NCBI GenBank assembly: GCA_963796275.1
Contig: CAWCKY010000006.1
Coordinates: forward strand, 2,816,001 to 2,880,000
Direction: 5' to 3'
Source of the DNA: an uncultured Acidobacteriota bacterium
GTDB lineage: Bacteria; Acidobacteriota; Blastocatellia; RBC074
DNA: 64,000 nucleotides
The translations under genes were made by a program, and so were the position numbers. A model generated the notes under the pieces. That model saw nothing but the letters and a program-made list of their open reading frames with translations. It was not told where the DNA came from and did no database searches. This document shows, in pieces, positions 40,855 through 53,121 of the stretch. Numbering within the stretch: position 1 is the first letter of the stretch; the number at the start of each line of letters is the position of its first letter.

Positions 40855-41038
40855 TATCTGGCGATGCTAAAGCCGTCAAAGCCCTATTTGGCGGGCGTTC
40901 CCGCATCATCGCGCAGCCCATCATTTGTATCGTGTGGCAATTTGGGACTCGGCTTAGGATAAACGCTACAACTCATTGTCAGACGAACTGCAGTTTGTCC
41001 GACAATTTCCGGGCAGACGCGCGCGGCAGGAGAACAGC

Positions 41039-42322
41039 TTAAATGATCGTTCCGTCCGGGATGGTTGCGTTTTTAGGAATCACCACGATGCCATCGCGTA
41101 TGCAGTAGTTTGGACCATCGTGATGTTCGATCCCGGCCTCGTTGAGGATGTGGACGTTCGCACCGATGCGCGCGTTCTTGTCGATAATGGCGTGGCGGAT
41201 AACAGCCCCCTCGCCGATGGCGATTCGTGGGGCGCCGCGCCTTCGGTCTTCCTCCAACTCTTCGATCGTCTGGTAGTAATCGGCGCCCATCACCAGCGAG
41301 TCGCTGATTCGGGCATTGTCTTCAATCCGCGTCCGGATGCCGATGACGGAATGCTCGATCACGGCGCGATTGAGGATGCTTCCGTCGCAGATGATCGAGT
41401 TGCGGACGACGCAGTCGGCCAGCTTGGTGCCAGGCAGAAAGCGTGAGTGCGTATAGATCGGGGCTTCGGCATCGAAGAGATTGAAGCGGGGCACGATGTC
41501 GGCCAGCGCCAGATTGGCCTGGAAGAATGTCTTGATCGTTCCGATGTCCTCCCAATAATCGTCGAACAGGAACCCCTGCATTCGATATCGCCCGATCGCC
41601 GCGGGAATGACCTGATGGCCGAAATCAACGTGGTCGGTATTTTCGAGGACCTGCCGCAACGCCTCATAGCGAAAGACGTAAACCCCCATCGACGCAAGAT
41701 ACGGGCGCTCGGCGGCGGCCTCCGGGCTCAGTCCGAAGCGAGTAGTATCGACGCGCATTGGCGGTAGCGCTTCCCCCTTGGGCTTCTCGCTGAATTCGAC
41801 AATACGGTCCCGCTCATCAGTCTTTAGCAGGCCAAAGCTCGAAGCGCTCTGCTCGTCGGTCGGGATGACGGAGACCGTCACGTCAGAGTCGGTCTGTTGG
41901 TGATGGTGCAGCAGCGCGCGGTAGTCCATGCGGTAGAGGTGGTCGCCCGACAGGATCAGGACGTTGTCCGGGTTCAGTTCCCGGATGTGAACCAGCACCT
42001 GGCGTACGGCATCGGCTGTGCCCTGAAACCATTCCTTGTTGCCGGGCGTCTGCTCTGCGGCCAGCACATCAACGAAGCCATCTGAGAAGGCGCTGAAACG
42101 GTAAGTCCGCGCCAGGTGGTGATTGAGTGATGCCGAATTGAACTGCGTGAGGACGTATATCTGCGCCAGGCTCGAATTGATGCAGTTGGAGACCGTAATA
42201 TCGATCAGCCTGTATTTGCCGCCGAGCGGCACTGCGGGTTTCGAACGGTAGAGCGTTAGCGGATACAACCGCTGCCCCTGTCCTCCGCCCAGAATCAAAG
42301 CCAGTGTGTTCATGTCTTTCAT
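41039..42322 (-). CDS. glgC: Glucose-1-phosphate adenylyltransferase
   Basis: [35 protein letters not shown] and YWEDIGT. Confidence 0.97.
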   Translation of the reverse strand: MKDMNTLALILGGGQGQRLYPLTLYRSKPAVPLGGKYRLIDITVSNCINSSLAQIYVLTQFNSASLNHHLARTYRFSAFSDGFVDVLAAEQTPGNKEWFQGTADAVRQVLVHIRELNPDNVLILSGDHLYRMDYRALLHHHQQTDSDVTVSVIPTDEQSASSFGLLKTDERDRIVEFSEKPKGEALPPMRVDTTRFGLSPEAAAERPYLASMGVYVFRYEALRQVLENTDHVDFGHQVIPAAIGRYRMQGFLFDDYWEDIGTIKTFFQANLALADIVPRFNLFDAEAPIYTHSRFLPGTKLADCVVRNSIICDGSILNRAVIEHSVIGIRTRIEDNARISDSLVMGADYYQTIEELEEDRRRGAPRIAIGEGAVIRHAIIDKNARIGANVHILNEAGIEHHDGPNYCIRDGIVVIPKNATIPDGTII

Positions 42323-43353
42323 CCCTCCTGTTTGATTTGAATGGTCCTGATCGGGAAAGGGATCTCTATCCCTTCCTGCTGATAACGTTCGTGCAGCCGC
42401 TTGATGAACTCGTGTTTGATCAGGAACTGGTCGGTGAATTCGCGCCCGCGCAGGATGACACTGAAGTCGATGCTCGAGTCGCCGAAGGTGTGATAGCGAA
42501 TGAAAGGCTCGAACTCGCGCACCCCGCCCTCGACTTCCTGCATCACTTCCCGCGCCACGTCGATCGTCACTCGCTCGACCTTCTTCAAATCGCTCTGATA
42601 ACTTACTCCGATCTGCAACAGAACGGCCATCTCCTTCTCCGGCTGGTGGTAGTTGGTGACGAGGGTTGAGGCCAGCTTGGAGTTGGGCACGATCACCATA
42701 TTGTTCGGGAGCGCGCGGATCGCCGTATTGCGCCAGGTGATATCGATGACATACCCCTCTTCGCCCGATTCAAGCTTCACATAATCGCCCGGCCTGACCT
42801 GGTTTGAAGCGATGATCTGCAACCCGGAGAACAGATTCGAGAGCGTGTCCTGCAATGCCAGGGCCACCGCCAGTCCGCCCACGCCCAGGGCTGTGAGAAT
42901 AGGCGTGATCGAGATGTTGAGTGTCTGAAGGATGATCAACGCGCCGATCAGAAAGACCAGCAGCTTCGTTAAGTTTGCGAAGAGCGAGGTGGCGGGCAGC
43001 GTTCCCTCGATGCGGCGCGCATACAATCCCACCAATCCGGCAGCGACTTTCGCCACGAATATCGTGACCGACAGAACGGCGATGACGAGCAGCGCTTTCT
43101 TCAGGAAGTTTTGCCAGGGCGGGCTGAGCGGCAGGCTTTGCAACGCCGCATACACTCCGAGCAAGGTCAGCCATAGTATCGGCAGACCGCCTAGAGCGGA
43201 GAAGACAATTTCATCTCCATTCCATTTCGTCCACGCTACGGCTTTCCTGATCCTGCCGAGCACGAATTTGTTGACGAACAGACCGACGAGCATGCCGCCG
43301 AGGATCAGCCCCAACGGCACAACCCATTGAATAATGCTGAAGTCTTTTGCCAT
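42319..43353 (-). CDS. MscS mechanosensitive channel
   Basis: [28 protein letters not shown] and VPNS. Confidence 0.92.
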   Translation of the reverse strand: MAKDFSIIQWVVPLGLILGGMLVGLFVNKFVLGRIRKAVAWTKWNGDEIVFSALGGLPILWLTLLGVYAALQSLPLSPPWQNFLKKALLVIAVLSVTIFVAKVAAGLVGLYARRIEGTLPATSLFANLTKLLVFLIGALIILQTLNISITPILTALGVGGLAVALALQDTLSNLFSGLQIIASNQVRPGDYVKLESGEEGYVIDITWRNTAIRALPNNMVIVPNSKLASTLVTNYHQPEKEMAVLLQIGVSYQSDLKKVERVTIDVAREVMQEVEGGVREFEPFIRYHTFGDSSIDFSVILRGREFTDQFLIKHEFIKRLHERYQQEGIEIPFPIRTIQIKQEG

Positions 43354-43373
43354 TCAATCTCCTTCTTTCTTCA

Positions 43374-43550
43374 TTAAACTCTCGATTGAGCGCGATCGTT
43401 GTTGCGGTGAATCTCGACGCCATCCTTCAACGTCCGCAACTGGTGGTAGGGGCCGATGATGATCTCTTGTTTTTCACTCAGCCCACTGGTGATCTCAACC
43501 TCAATCTGACTGATGATCCCAGTCTCGACCGGTGTGAAATCGGTGGCTAA
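43374..43550 (-). pseudogene. C-terminal relic of a HlyD/MacA periplasmic adaptor
   Basis: FTPVETGI...EITSGL.E..EIIIGPY..LRTLKDG. Confidence 0.6.
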
Positions 43551-43600
43551 CTACGTTGGAAATCAAGGGGCAGCGTAGTAACCTTCTTTTGTGCGTACAG

Positions 43601-44780
43601 TCAGATGAGGCAGACCGCATCATAGAGGGCCATTCGCCTGCATGGATCGAGCAGAATGAGCTTGTTCGCGACTGAGTCGCCGTCAGAGAACAATGCTTTC
43701 AGCGCTTCACGTGCGCGATCGATCTTGCTCTTCATGCTACCGGAGACATCAAAAATCACACCAATGCTGACCAGCTGGTCCTCATTGCTCAAATAATCGA
43801 TCTTCTGCCTGACTTTGTCCTCGTAAACAAGGAAATGCTATTTATCAAGACCGGTTCACCAGTCGGTTGTAAGAGTCGGTCACGGTGACCAGAAACGTGA
43901 CGAGATCAGTATTCTCCCGGATGACCATCTCGCTTTCTGATCGTTCATTGCTCCTCCGCTGCTTCGGAGCGCGCTCCTTTGCAAGTAAACGCGCCTGCTC
44001 AGCTAGACGCATAATGTCGCGGGCTAGGTCGGCGTATTCCTTTTCGTTCTGACGCTGCTGTGGCCAGGATCGTTCCAGTTCCTCGAGTTTTGACTTCACT
44101 CGTTGAAACTCTGCTTGAGCATATTGCTGCGCTCCCGCCCGGCGCGCGATCTCGACCGCCCGCCGCGCGCCGAGCACAAGAGACGGCGTCTGGTTGTCTG
44201 CGATGTCACTTTCGGACTTAGGCAACGGAGCAACATAGAGAAATCCGTCATCTCCGCGATACTTAGCCCGAAGCGTTCTCACACCGCTGCTCGTCTTTCT
44301 GTGGTGCTCGTTCTCCGCCAGGATGACCGGGCTGGGGAGACTGACCTCTGGATGCGGTTCCGCCGTGATTATCAACCCAAAGGTCTGCTGTGGCGTCATC
44401 ACCTCGATCTTGAAGTTGCTGCTTATCGCTGCGTCGGCGAGACGATCAATCTTTCCATCCGGCATCACCGCCCAGAGAACGTAGGTCGTGTAGAAATCGC
44501 CGAGATTTTTTGGGTAGAAGAGACTGGCTATCTCCAACCTTATCTCCGTGCGCTGGTTGTAACGATTGATTTCAGCTTCGCCATACGCTTGCGGACAAAG
44601 GAATGTCCCTCTCATGCCGATGGTGCTCTTCTCACCATCAGGATAGCCGAGAACCAGAGCAGTGCGATTAGCAGTTTCTGCTTGCGAACCATAGGCTGAT
44701 AATGATCTGTCAGAAGATTTAGCAAAGACGATGCTTAATAACAATAGAAGGCCCGATATCATCCATTTTTCTACCTTCAT
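43601..44780 (-). pseudogene. Chimeric or decayed gene: DUF4398/OmpA-type N-terminal part joined to a VWA-domain fragment
   Basis: TYVLWA..F.L.ITAEP; then TDLVT..VTVTD..NR.V and SIGVIFDVSGSM, with frameshifts. Confidence 0.6.
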
Positions 44781-45067
44781 ATTTTCACCTCCTTTCAGAG
44801 TTGCGGGGCTTCGTAAACATTGGCAGAGTTTGTTAATAATTAGTTTGGGCAATAATTGTGCCGTAATACATCTTTAGCTCTTCCAGACTATTGTTATTCC
44901 TACCCAATGCCGGACGCGAACCGGCGAATGCGCTTCGAAAGCAGAGTCATGTGGTGAAATGCAACACTTGAGGATGCAGGCTTACTCACCCTTGTTGATT
45001 CAGGAAAATGTGATTCGTGCGCAGATAATGTGAGCCGCCCTGCCATAGCCTCTAAAAATCCTTTTCG

Positions 45068-45083
45068 GGGCACGATGATTGCA
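45068..45083 (+). promoter_or_regulatory. Sigma-54 promoter (divergent partner at 44848-44863)
   Basis: GGGCACGATGATTGCA; minus-strand CGGCACAATTATTGCC. Confidence 0.6.
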
Positions 45084-45160
45084 CCGATAGCAAATTGCAC
45101 CGATAGCAAAAAGCGAGATGCATATACTTGTTCCGGGCCGTTTTTTTGATATGGAGAGTG

Positions 45161-46519
45161 ATGAGGAGAGTATTTTTGATGGTTTTACTGATCTGCCTGG
45201 CGGTCTTGATCATTACCGGGATCGCGCTTGCGGATAAAGGAGAAGGAGATACGCACGGAATCGATCCGATTGTGCTCGGCGGGGTGGCGGTGTTCCTGTT
45301 GATTGCCAAACTGGGCGGCGAACTCTTCGAGCGGATCAGGCAGCCCACCGTGCTCGGCGAGCTATTGGGCGGGATCATCATTGGTAATCTCACGATCATC
45401 GGTTTTATGGGATTTGAGTCGCTCAAGACCAACGCGGTGGTCGGCGCTCTGGCGGAGATCGGTGTGATCATCCTTCTCTTCGAAGTCGGACTGGAATCGA
45501 ACATTGGTGAGATGCTCGAGGTTGGATGGTCATCGCTGTTGGTCGCACTCGCAGGCGTCATTGCCCCTTTCTTTCTTGGTTGGGGCGTCGCTGCCTACTT
45601 CCTGCCGGAAGAAGGGATGCTTGCTCACATCTTCATCGGCGCGACGCTCTGCGCCACGAGCGTCGGGATCACGGCGCGCGTGCTCAAAGATATTGGCAAA
45701 TTACAGGCGCGCGAATCGCGTATCATTCTCGGCGCAGCGGTGATCGATGATGTGATGGGGCTTTTGATACTGGCGGTCGTAGCCGGCGCTATCAACGCCG
45801 CCACCACCGGAACGGCGCTGTCGTTGGCCGGCGTCGCGCTCATCACGGTCAAAGCGATTGTCTTTTTGATCGGTGCGGTTGCTGCCGGGCGGTATCTCAT
45901 GCCGCACCTGTTTCATCACGCGGGCAGGTTGGAAGTGCGCGGAGTGCTGTTGGCGCTGGCTATCTCGTTCTGTTTTCTCTTGGCATGGCTGGCAGCGAAA
46001 GTCGGGTTGGCGCCGATAATCGGCGCTTTTGCCGCCGGAATGGTGCTGGATGATTCCCACTATGAATCCTTCCGCACCAAGGGAGAGAAGAACCTCGAAG
46101 AACTGATCCGGCCCGTGAGCGATCTGTTGGTTCCGCTCTTCTTCGTTCTGATGGGTTTGAAGGTCGATCTGCGTGCGTTTGCACAACCGGGGCTGCTCAC
46201 GTTTGCTGTCGTGCTCACGATCGCCGCGATCATCGGCAAGCAGATTTGTTCACTGGCCGTTGTCGACAAAGGAATAAATCGTCTCGTCGTCGGGCTGGGG
46301 ATGGTTCCGCGCGGCGAGGTTGGATTGATCTTTGCCGGAATAGGCGCATCGCTGATGCTGCCCAACGCACAGGGTGTCAATGAACCGGTCATCAATGTGG
46401 CGACCTTCGGTGTGGTCGTGTTCATGGTTGTTGTTACGACATTGCTGACACCGCCTGCGCTCAAATGGGCGATGGAGAAAAAAAGTCGGGCTGCCGAGCA
46501 GAACAAAGGAATGGTTTAG
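45161..46519 (+). CDS. Cation:proton antiporter (CPA2)
   Basis: LF.VGLE, ATSVGIT, AAVIDD and GMVPRGEV. Confidence 0.92.
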   Translation: MRRVFLMVLLICLAVLIITGIALADKGEGDTHGIDPIVLGGVAVFLLIAKLGGELFERIRQPTVLGELLGGIIIGNLTIIGFMGFESLKTNAVVGALAEIGVIILLFEVGLESNIGEMLEVGWSSLLVALAGVIAPFFLGWGVAAYFLPEEGMLAHIFIGATLCATSVGITARVLKDIGKLQARESRIILGAAVIDDVMGLLILAVVAGAINAATTGTALSLAGVALITVKAIVFLIGAVAAGRYLMPHLFHHAGRLEVRGVLLALAISFCFLLAWLAAKVGLAPIIGAFAAGMVLDDSHYESFRTKGEKNLEELIRPVSDLLVPLFFVLMGLKVDLRAFAQPGLLTFAVVLTIAAIIGKQICSLAVVDKGINRLVVGLGMVPRGEVGLIFAGIGASLMLPNAQGVNEPVINVATFGVVVFMVVVTTLLTPPALKWAMEKKSRAAEQNKGMV

Positions 46520-46586
46520 GTTCGATCCGTGAGAATGAATCACGATAATGCCGTAAGCGAAGTCATGACGGCGAAGGAGGAAGAAG

Positions 46587-47462
46587 ATGATTACTATTGA
46601 ACGTATTCTCTGTCCAATTGATATGTCGATGAATTCCAACCAGGCGCTGCGTTATGCCATTGCGCTCGCCAGCACCTATGAAGCGCAGCTCATTGCCTGT
46701 CACTGTATGGATCCGACGAGGTTTGCTGATGAATCGGCACGGGCACAAATCTACAGGCAACTTGAAGGACTGATCGACGAATTTAATCCTCAGGTCGCTC
46801 CGCCCTCTTTCGACTGGCAGGGACGGATCATCGAAGGCGATCCAACCGTAGACATTACGAAAGAGGCAGCCCTGCTGCCCGTCAATCTGATTGTTATGCA
46901 ATCACGCCGGCGTCCGGTTGCAGCCGCGATTTTCGGTTCGACCGCTGAAGCCATCTGCCGCGAAACACACTGCCCCGTCATTGTCACTCATACGGACGAG
47001 CGCGAATGGGCCGGATTGTCGACTGGTGAGATTCATATCAAGCGCGTGCTCGCCGCTTACGACTTTTCTCACGGCTCAGAGGCGGCGCTCTCCTATGCGC
47101 TCTCGCTGGCGCAGGAATACCAGGCCGAGTTACACCTGATTCACGTTCTGCCCAAAGAAGCGCGGGGGTTGGCGGCTGCGCCCGGAGGTGATGAGAGCGT
47201 GCTTCAATTGATAATGCCCCGTTTGGAGGAGACTATCCCCGGGGAAGTCAATTTGTGGTGTGAGGTCAAAATGGTTGTAAAAGCGGGACTGCCGGCTAAT
47301 GAAGTGCTGAATTATGCCGAGAAAGAGCAGATCGACCTGATCTGCTTGGGCAAGCACGGCGCAGGCGCCGGCTTTACCTTGCTCTTTGGCTCGAATACCG
47401 ATCACGTGCTGCGCCACGCGCGGTGTCCTGTCCTCGTGGCACCTCCGCTGAAATCCTTATAG
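46587..47462 (+). CDS. Tandem universal stress protein
   Basis: ILCPID.S, GSTAE, DFS..S, FGSNTD.V.R.A.CPVLV. Confidence 0.92.
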   Translation: MITIERILCPIDMSMNSNQALRYAIALASTYEAQLIACHCMDPTRFADESARAQIYRQLEGLIDEFNPQVAPPSFDWQGRIIEGDPTVDITKEAALLPVNLIVMQSRRRPVAAAIFGSTAEAICRETHCPVIVTHTDEREWAGLSTGEIHIKRVLAAYDFSHGSEAALSYALSLAQEYQAELHLIHVLPKEARGLAAAPGGDESVLQLIMPRLEETIPGEVNLWCEVKMVVKAGLPANEVLNYAEKEQIDLICLGKHGAGAGFTLLFGSNTDHVLRHARCPVLVAPPLKSL

Positions 47463-47738
47463 GCTGGATATGCCGCCAGCGCGATATTCATCGAGCCTGC
47501 GATAAAGCGTCTTACGGTCGAGGACGAGCAGTTCGGCCGTACGTGATTTGTTGTCACCCGAACGGCGCAACATCTCCAAAATATATTCACGCTCCAGCTC
47601 TCGCAGCGTCATATTCTGTTCGTGTGAGCGCGCTATTAGCGCAGAAGTCATACTGCTGCATCGTATGCGCTCCGGCAGGTCATCAGGTTTGAGTACTGCC
47701 CCTTGCGCGAATGCTACTGCTCTCTCATTTGTCTCCAT
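47457..47738 (-). pseudogene. C-terminal Fis-HTH relic of a sigma-54 activator
   Basis: ERAV..DLP..TL.ELEREYI...NKS.TA.LL..DRKTLYRRL; AAA+ domain missing. Confidence 0.8.
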
Positions 47739-48231
47739 TTGTTCCCAGCTACATTGGCCTGCTCTATGGCTTTAAGCTGCAACCTCCGTACCGGCAGAGC
47801 AATAGTCGTATGATGGAAATACACACAGTAAGAGTGGCTTATGATTGAATTTTTCGATTCAGCGCTCTAGTGGACCATCAGAGAGACTGTCCCAAACTGC
47901 CACACTGCTGCCCCCTACGGCCACGCATCGGGTTCTTTGAGTTAGTGATCCTCAGTTGGATCCCAACAATCCATATTCCGGAAACCCAGACGCCACTTTC
48001 TATCCTCGTATGGCACAAACATTTCCTCAACGGCACATGGATTGCCGTTCTGAAAGATGTCCAGTGAGAGTAGAGGACTGGATATATGCGACTTAATTCT
48101 ATTTTTGCTTTAGCTGCGATTTTGGTGGTTACCATATTTGTCTACCCATCGAGTCACTGGTCGAATGGATCTTCAGGTACAGCGCAGGTGCAGTCAGGAG
48201 AGCGGAGATAGCAAAGTAATGAGGTGGGATA

Positions 48232-49357
48232 ATGAATAATTTGGGTTGGAAAGAAAGAATTCACCGTTTCTGGAGATCATCTTTCAAGGGAATTAACCTG
48301 GCCATGACCGGAGATACTGGCGATCGATCTCGGCACCGCCAACGCTCGCATCTATTTGCCGGGAGAGGGTGTGGTCATTGATGAACCGTCGGTAATCGCG
48401 CTAAGCACTGAAAGTCGAAAAGTCACGGCAGTTGGAGAGGAAGCGAAAGTTTTAGCCAGCCGACGACCGCGCACAGTTCGGGTTGTACGTCCAGTCAAGG
48501 ATGGAGTTATCGCAGATTGCGAGGTCGCCGGGCAGATGCTCTCTGTCTTCATCCGCCGCGCATTAAAACAACCTGGCCTGGCCGGTTCGTCGCTGCTGAT
48601 TTGCGTTCCTGCCCACATCACGCAAATGGAGCGAAGAGCTTATGAAGAGGCTGCCAGACTGGCCGGCGCGGTGAAAGTAAAACTCATCGAAGAGCCTTAT
48701 GCCGCAGCCGCGGGCGCAGGTCTCAATCTACGCGCGCCGCCAGCCTGTATGATCGTTGACCTCGGCGCGGGCACTACAGACATTGCAGTCATCAGCAGCG
48801 GCAGCGTTATTTACGCTTCCACGCGGTGTATCGGCGGAGATGAAATGGATCGCGCCATCGCACATTATTTGCGCCATGAACGAAGGTTGGATGTCGGCGA
48901 GGAGACTGCGGGGGGTGTCAAAATAGTGCTGGGTACAGTCGGCGCCGGGCATACTCGGCGATCGATGGCTGTGCGAGGCCGTAATCTGGTGACTGGCCTA
49001 CCTGGAGAGATCGCTGTTACCAGCGAAGAGATAAATCCGCTGATCCAGCCGGCGCTCCGTGTCGTCAAACAACATATCCGTACGGTGTTGGAAGAGATTC
49101 CAACGGAGGCTTCGGTCGATCTACTCGACTCGGGAATATCGCTGAGCGGCGGTCTGTCGCAGCTTCCGGGTCTGGCCGAGCATCTAGGCCATGAACTGGG
49201 TTTGTGCGTGCGAGTAGTCCCCGATCCGATGCTCGCCGCGGTGATGGGCGCAGGCCGTTTTCTCGAACAGAAGTCTCAGGCCTCGACTCTGAGAGCAATA
49301 AAGGGAAGAAAATCAGCCGAGGCTGACGAGAGCGGGTCTTCGCTTGCCAGGATATGA
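48232..49357 (+). CDS. mreB: MreB-like rod-shape actin (apparent +1 frameshift near 48316)
   Basis: LAIDLGTAN, EPSVIA, RP.KDGVIAD, EEP.AAA.G and VDLGAGTTD. Confidence 0.85.
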
Positions 49358-49448
49358 AATCAAAACGGTGTGAACGGTGATCAGAAGCGAGTTTGAGGTA
49401 CCACACTTGACGCACGATCAATGCGGGTCAAGTGAAGAGAAGAGGGCA

Positions 49449-51386
49449 ATGAGAATGCGGATATTTTCCGACAATCTTTTCGATGATTATGAAGAGCGGA
49501 GGCAAATTCGGCTGCGGCTGGGCATCCTGCGTTTCATCGCCATAGCCATCTTTCTCTTATTCGGCGCAAGACTGTATTGGATCCAGATCGTCAGTCACGA
49601 AACTTATGCCGAGATGGCGCGGCAGAATCGGATGCGCAAACTTCCGATCAAGGCGCCGCGAGGCCGTATTCTCGACCGTCAGGGCGTTGTGCTGGCCGGC
49701 AACCGATCTTCATATAACATCGTCGTCAGCCGTGAGGATATGAAGAGCATTGAAGCAGAGGCTGAGCTGCTCGCCGATCACCTCGGCCTTGATCGTGACT
49801 GGCTGACCATGAGATTCGAGGAAATGATATGGGAGCCGAAATATCTGCCGATAGTTGTGAAGCAAGACGCTTCTCCGGCTGATATCGCGTGGGTGGTAGC
49901 TCACCAGTTTGAGCATCCCGAATTGCGCATTGTGGAGATGCCGCAGCGCCATTATGTTCACAGGACATTCGCCGCGCACGCGCTCGGTTACGTGGGCGAA
50001 GTTAGCAGGCGCGAACTGGAGCAAGGTGCCTACAGTAGGGATAACGATTACCGAATGGGAGACATTGTTGGCAAGAGCGGGCTGGAGCGCACATACAACG
50101 AAATTCTGATGGGCAAAGACGGAGAGCGGATCGTCGTCGTTGACAGTCGTGGCCGCCTTCGCGACGAAGTCAGCCGTGTCGAGCCGACGCGGGGACGCGA
50201 TCTTTACACGACGCTCGATTTCGACTTGCAGAAGGTCGCTGAAGAGCAGGCCGATCTGATGTCGAGCGGTCGCGGCGCAATTGCCGTGATGAATCCGGGC
50301 AACGGCGAGGTGTTGGCGATGGTCAGCCGCCCCTCATTCGATCCCAATCTCTTTTCGCTGCGCACGAAGTCCCCGAAAAATAGGGTAGAGATTAGCGGTC
50401 TTTATGAAGATGAGAACCGCCCGCTCTTCAATCGCGTGATTCAGGGCGCATATCCGACCGGTTCGACCTGGAAAATCTTCATGGCGGTCGCAGCGCTCAA
50501 CGAAGGCACTATCACAATAGAGGAATCGAGGATCAAAGACGGAGGGCTGCGGATCGGCAACTACTATATGAGTTCGCTCTCGCATCTCGGCTATCCGGAC
50601 ATCCATCAGGCGATTGTGAGATCAGCGGATGGCTATTTCTACCGGCTAGGTCTAAAGATGGGCATCGAGAATATCGAGAAGTGGACGAACATCTTCCGTC
50701 TCGGTCAACGCACAGGCATCGACCTGCCGAGTGAGCGCGCCGGCATTCCGCCGAGCCGTGCATGGAAAGCGAAGGTCAATCCCAAGGACCCGAAATGGCG
50801 CGATTATGATACGGCTGCCGCGGCGATCGGTCAGGGCATCGCGATCACTCCGTTGCAAATGCTGCGGATGGTCGCAGGAGTGGGGGCAGATGGAGAAATA
50901 GTAACGCCGCATCTATTGCTCAAAGGAGCGGCGGGGATTGACCGCTTCGGCAAGGTGCAAACAGAGATTTGCTATTCGGACGAGTCGAAGTTCACCGTTC
51001 CGATGAGTCCTGAAATTCATGAGAAGGTAACGCGTGCGATGTGGGGTGTGGTCAACGAAAACGGCACGGGCACAAGGGCACGCGTCGAAGTCTTCGATGT
51101 TTGCGGCAAGACCGGCACTGCCCAGGTAGCATCGAAGTCCAGAGCCGGGGAGAAGCACAAGGATCACGCCTGGTTCGTCAGTTTCGCACCGCGCGACAAA
51201 CCTGAGATCGCTTCAGTGGTGTTAGTCGAAAACAGCGGTTACGGAGGAGTTCACGCCGCACCCAAAGCGGGTGCGATATATCGAGCTTACTATCAGCGCA
51301 CGCGTGGTCTGCCGGCCGATACATTGATAACTGCAGATCACGAAGACGGGCACGTTTCTGAGGAGATTTCCGGCGTGCATCGATAG
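49449..51386 (+). CDS. mrdA: Penicillin-binding protein 2
   Basis: APRG.I.DR, GSTWK (SxxK), SAD (SxD), GKTGTAQ and HAWF. Confidence 0.92.
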   Translation: MRMRIFSDNLFDDYEERRQIRLRLGILRFIAIAIFLLFGARLYWIQIVSHETYAEMARQNRMRKLPIKAPRGRILDRQGVVLAGNRSSYNIVVSREDMKSIEAEAELLADHLGLDRDWLTMRFEEMIWEPKYLPIVVKQDASPADIAWVVAHQFEHPELRIVEMPQRHYVHRTFAAHALGYVGEVSRRELEQGAYSRDNDYRMGDIVGKSGLERTYNEILMGKDGERIVVVDSRGRLRDEVSRVEPTRGRDLYTTLDFDLQKVAEEQADLMSSGRGAIAVMNPGNGEVLAMVSRPSFDPNLFSLRTKSPKNRVEISGLYEDENRPLFNRVIQGAYPTGSTWKIFMAVAALNEGTITIEESRIKDGGLRIGNYYMSSLSHLGYPDIHQAIVRSADGYFYRLGLKMGIENIEKWTNIFRLGQRTGIDLPSERAGIPPSRAWKAKVNPKDPKWRDYDTAAAAIGQGIAITPLQMLRMVAGVGADGEIVTPHLLLKGAAGIDRFGKVQTEICYSDESKFTVPMSPEIHEKVTRAMWGVVNENGTGTRARVEVFDVCGKTGTAQVASKSRAGEKHKDHAWFVSFAPRDKPEIASVVLVENSGYGGVHAAPKAGAIYRAYYQRTRGLPADTLITADHEDGHVSEEISGVHR

Positions 51387-51691
51387 AGAATGCGAAACAA
51401 CCGAAGATAACCGAGCAAACGAACAGGGCAAATGACCAGGCTCACAGTCTATCGTTTGTGTCACATTGTTTTCGTATCAGGTTAGGACAATGCGGTGCAG
51501 AAGTATCTTGTGATTGTGGCACGCGGCTCGCAGCTACCAAGTTTAGTATTGTGGTCATTATCGGGACTGGATCAGGGTGGATTTCTTCCCCAACCTGAGA
51601 TGAATATCAACGGATCAAGTCGGGCAGTCACAATCTTTATCCTTATCCAGGAATTGTCTCAACAAAAAAATGGCCATAGGAAGGAGGAGTT

Positions 51692-52471
51692 ATGTTGCAT
51701 AGCATTAAAGATTTACGTGGGCTTTCCATTCATGCGACCGATGGTGACATCGGCAAGGTTATTGATTTCTACCTCGATGACCAGCATTGGACTATTCGTT
51801 ACCTGGTGGTTGACGTCGGCACCTGGCTGAAAGGACGCAAGGTCCTGGTCTCGCCAATCTCAATCAAAATGATAGCCGCCGATCTCGGAAGGTTTATGGC
51901 ATCGGTTACGAAACAGCAGGTTAAGGATAGTCCCGATTGGGATACTGAGAAACCGGTGTCGCGCCAGTACGAAGGGATATTTGCCAATTATTACAAATAT
52001 CCTTACTACTGGGGCGGGCCGTATTTGTGGGGGCAGGCACTTTACCCGGCAGGCATCTCGGTTGTGGAAACGATTAAGCCACAGCCTGTCTCAGTTGAGG
52101 AGGCAGAGGCGGAGATCGAGAGATATCATCTGCGGAGCGCCCGCGAGGTCTCCGGCTATCATATCGTGACCACGGATGGAGTGATCGGACAAGTTGATGA
52201 CTTTATTTTCGATGACGAGAGTTGGCAGATTCATTACCTGGCGATCGATACGGGAGGATGGTTGGCTGGCCGTAAGGTGCTGATCAGTCCGCGCTGGATC
52301 GAGTCGATTGACTGGTCGAAATCGCAGGTATCTATCCGGCTCGATAAAGAAACGGTCAAAAACGCGCCTGCCTATGACGATCCGGGAACTATCACTCGAG
52401 ACTACGAAAAAAGGCTATTTGCTTATTACGGCAGGCCAGGATACTGGGAAACTCCTGCCGAAAGGCCGTGA
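51692..52471 (+). CDS. PRC-barrel tandem-domain protein
   Basis: Two ATDG.IG.V.DF..DD..W.I.YL..D.G.WL.GRKVL.SP repeats; sigma-54 site at 51517-51532. Confidence 0.9.
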   Translation: MLHSIKDLRGLSIHATDGDIGKVIDFYLDDQHWTIRYLVVDVGTWLKGRKVLVSPISIKMIAADLGRFMASVTKQQVKDSPDWDTEKPVSRQYEGIFANYYKYPYYWGGPYLWGQALYPAGISVVETIKPQPVSVEEAEAEIERYHLRSAREVSGYHIVTTDGVIGQVDDFIFDDESWQIHYLAIDTGGWLAGRKVLISPRWIESIDWSKSQVSIRLDKETVKNAPAYDDPGTITRDYEKRLFAYYGRPGYWETPAERP

Positions 52472-52595
52472 TCAGTGGCAGAAGAAGCAATCTGAAAGTC
52501 ATTCGAAATAGCAGCCTGCGCTGTTATTGATGAATCGGCGTGGAGCGACTCTGTATTTGACCATGCGGCCTGAAAGATAGACAAAGGAAGTTCTA

Positions 52596-53121
52596 CTATG
52601 ATTGGAGCAGTTGACAAATGATAGGAATGGATGCGGCATAGACTAGCGAATGCTCGGTGTCAAAGCCCACAATCGTCATATTCACCTTACCCTCACGGTC
52701 AAGAATCAACAGAGTGGGAATAGCATACAGTTGTAAGTAGCGAAATATTTCTCTTTCCGGGTCGCGCAGTACTTTGAGATGCAAGCCATGCCTTTGTGCA
52801 AAGTTTTTGAGTATCCTCATCGGAAACATAGTTTGTTTCGCCAGCTCTTGCGTTGTTGATACTTACCCAATAAAAGCTGACTCCTTGACCGATGAAATAG
52901 TCGGAGAGTCGTTGAAAGGCAGGCAGGCTTCTTGACGCCGTCGGGCTCCAAGTCGTACTGAAACTTAACACAACCACCCTGCCGTGTTCTTTGGCTAAAT
53001 CAATCACACCGCCGTCTACTGATCGCAGCTTCAACTGTGGGGTCTGTGCAGAATCTGTTCCCAGAATTGAAGCCATTATTAACGGAAACAACATGAGTTT
53101 TACAAATTGTCGACAGAACAT
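52596..53121 (-). pseudogene. Secreted Cys-less TlpA-like redoxin, frameshifted
   Basis: VVVLSFSTTWSP; homologous to the C-domain of 32948-34441. Confidence 0.7.

Noticed and set aside
45079-45110. 16-bp tandem duplication TTGCACCGATAGCAAA
   Set aside because: A single duplication overlapping a promoter -12 element; likely slippage with no further structure
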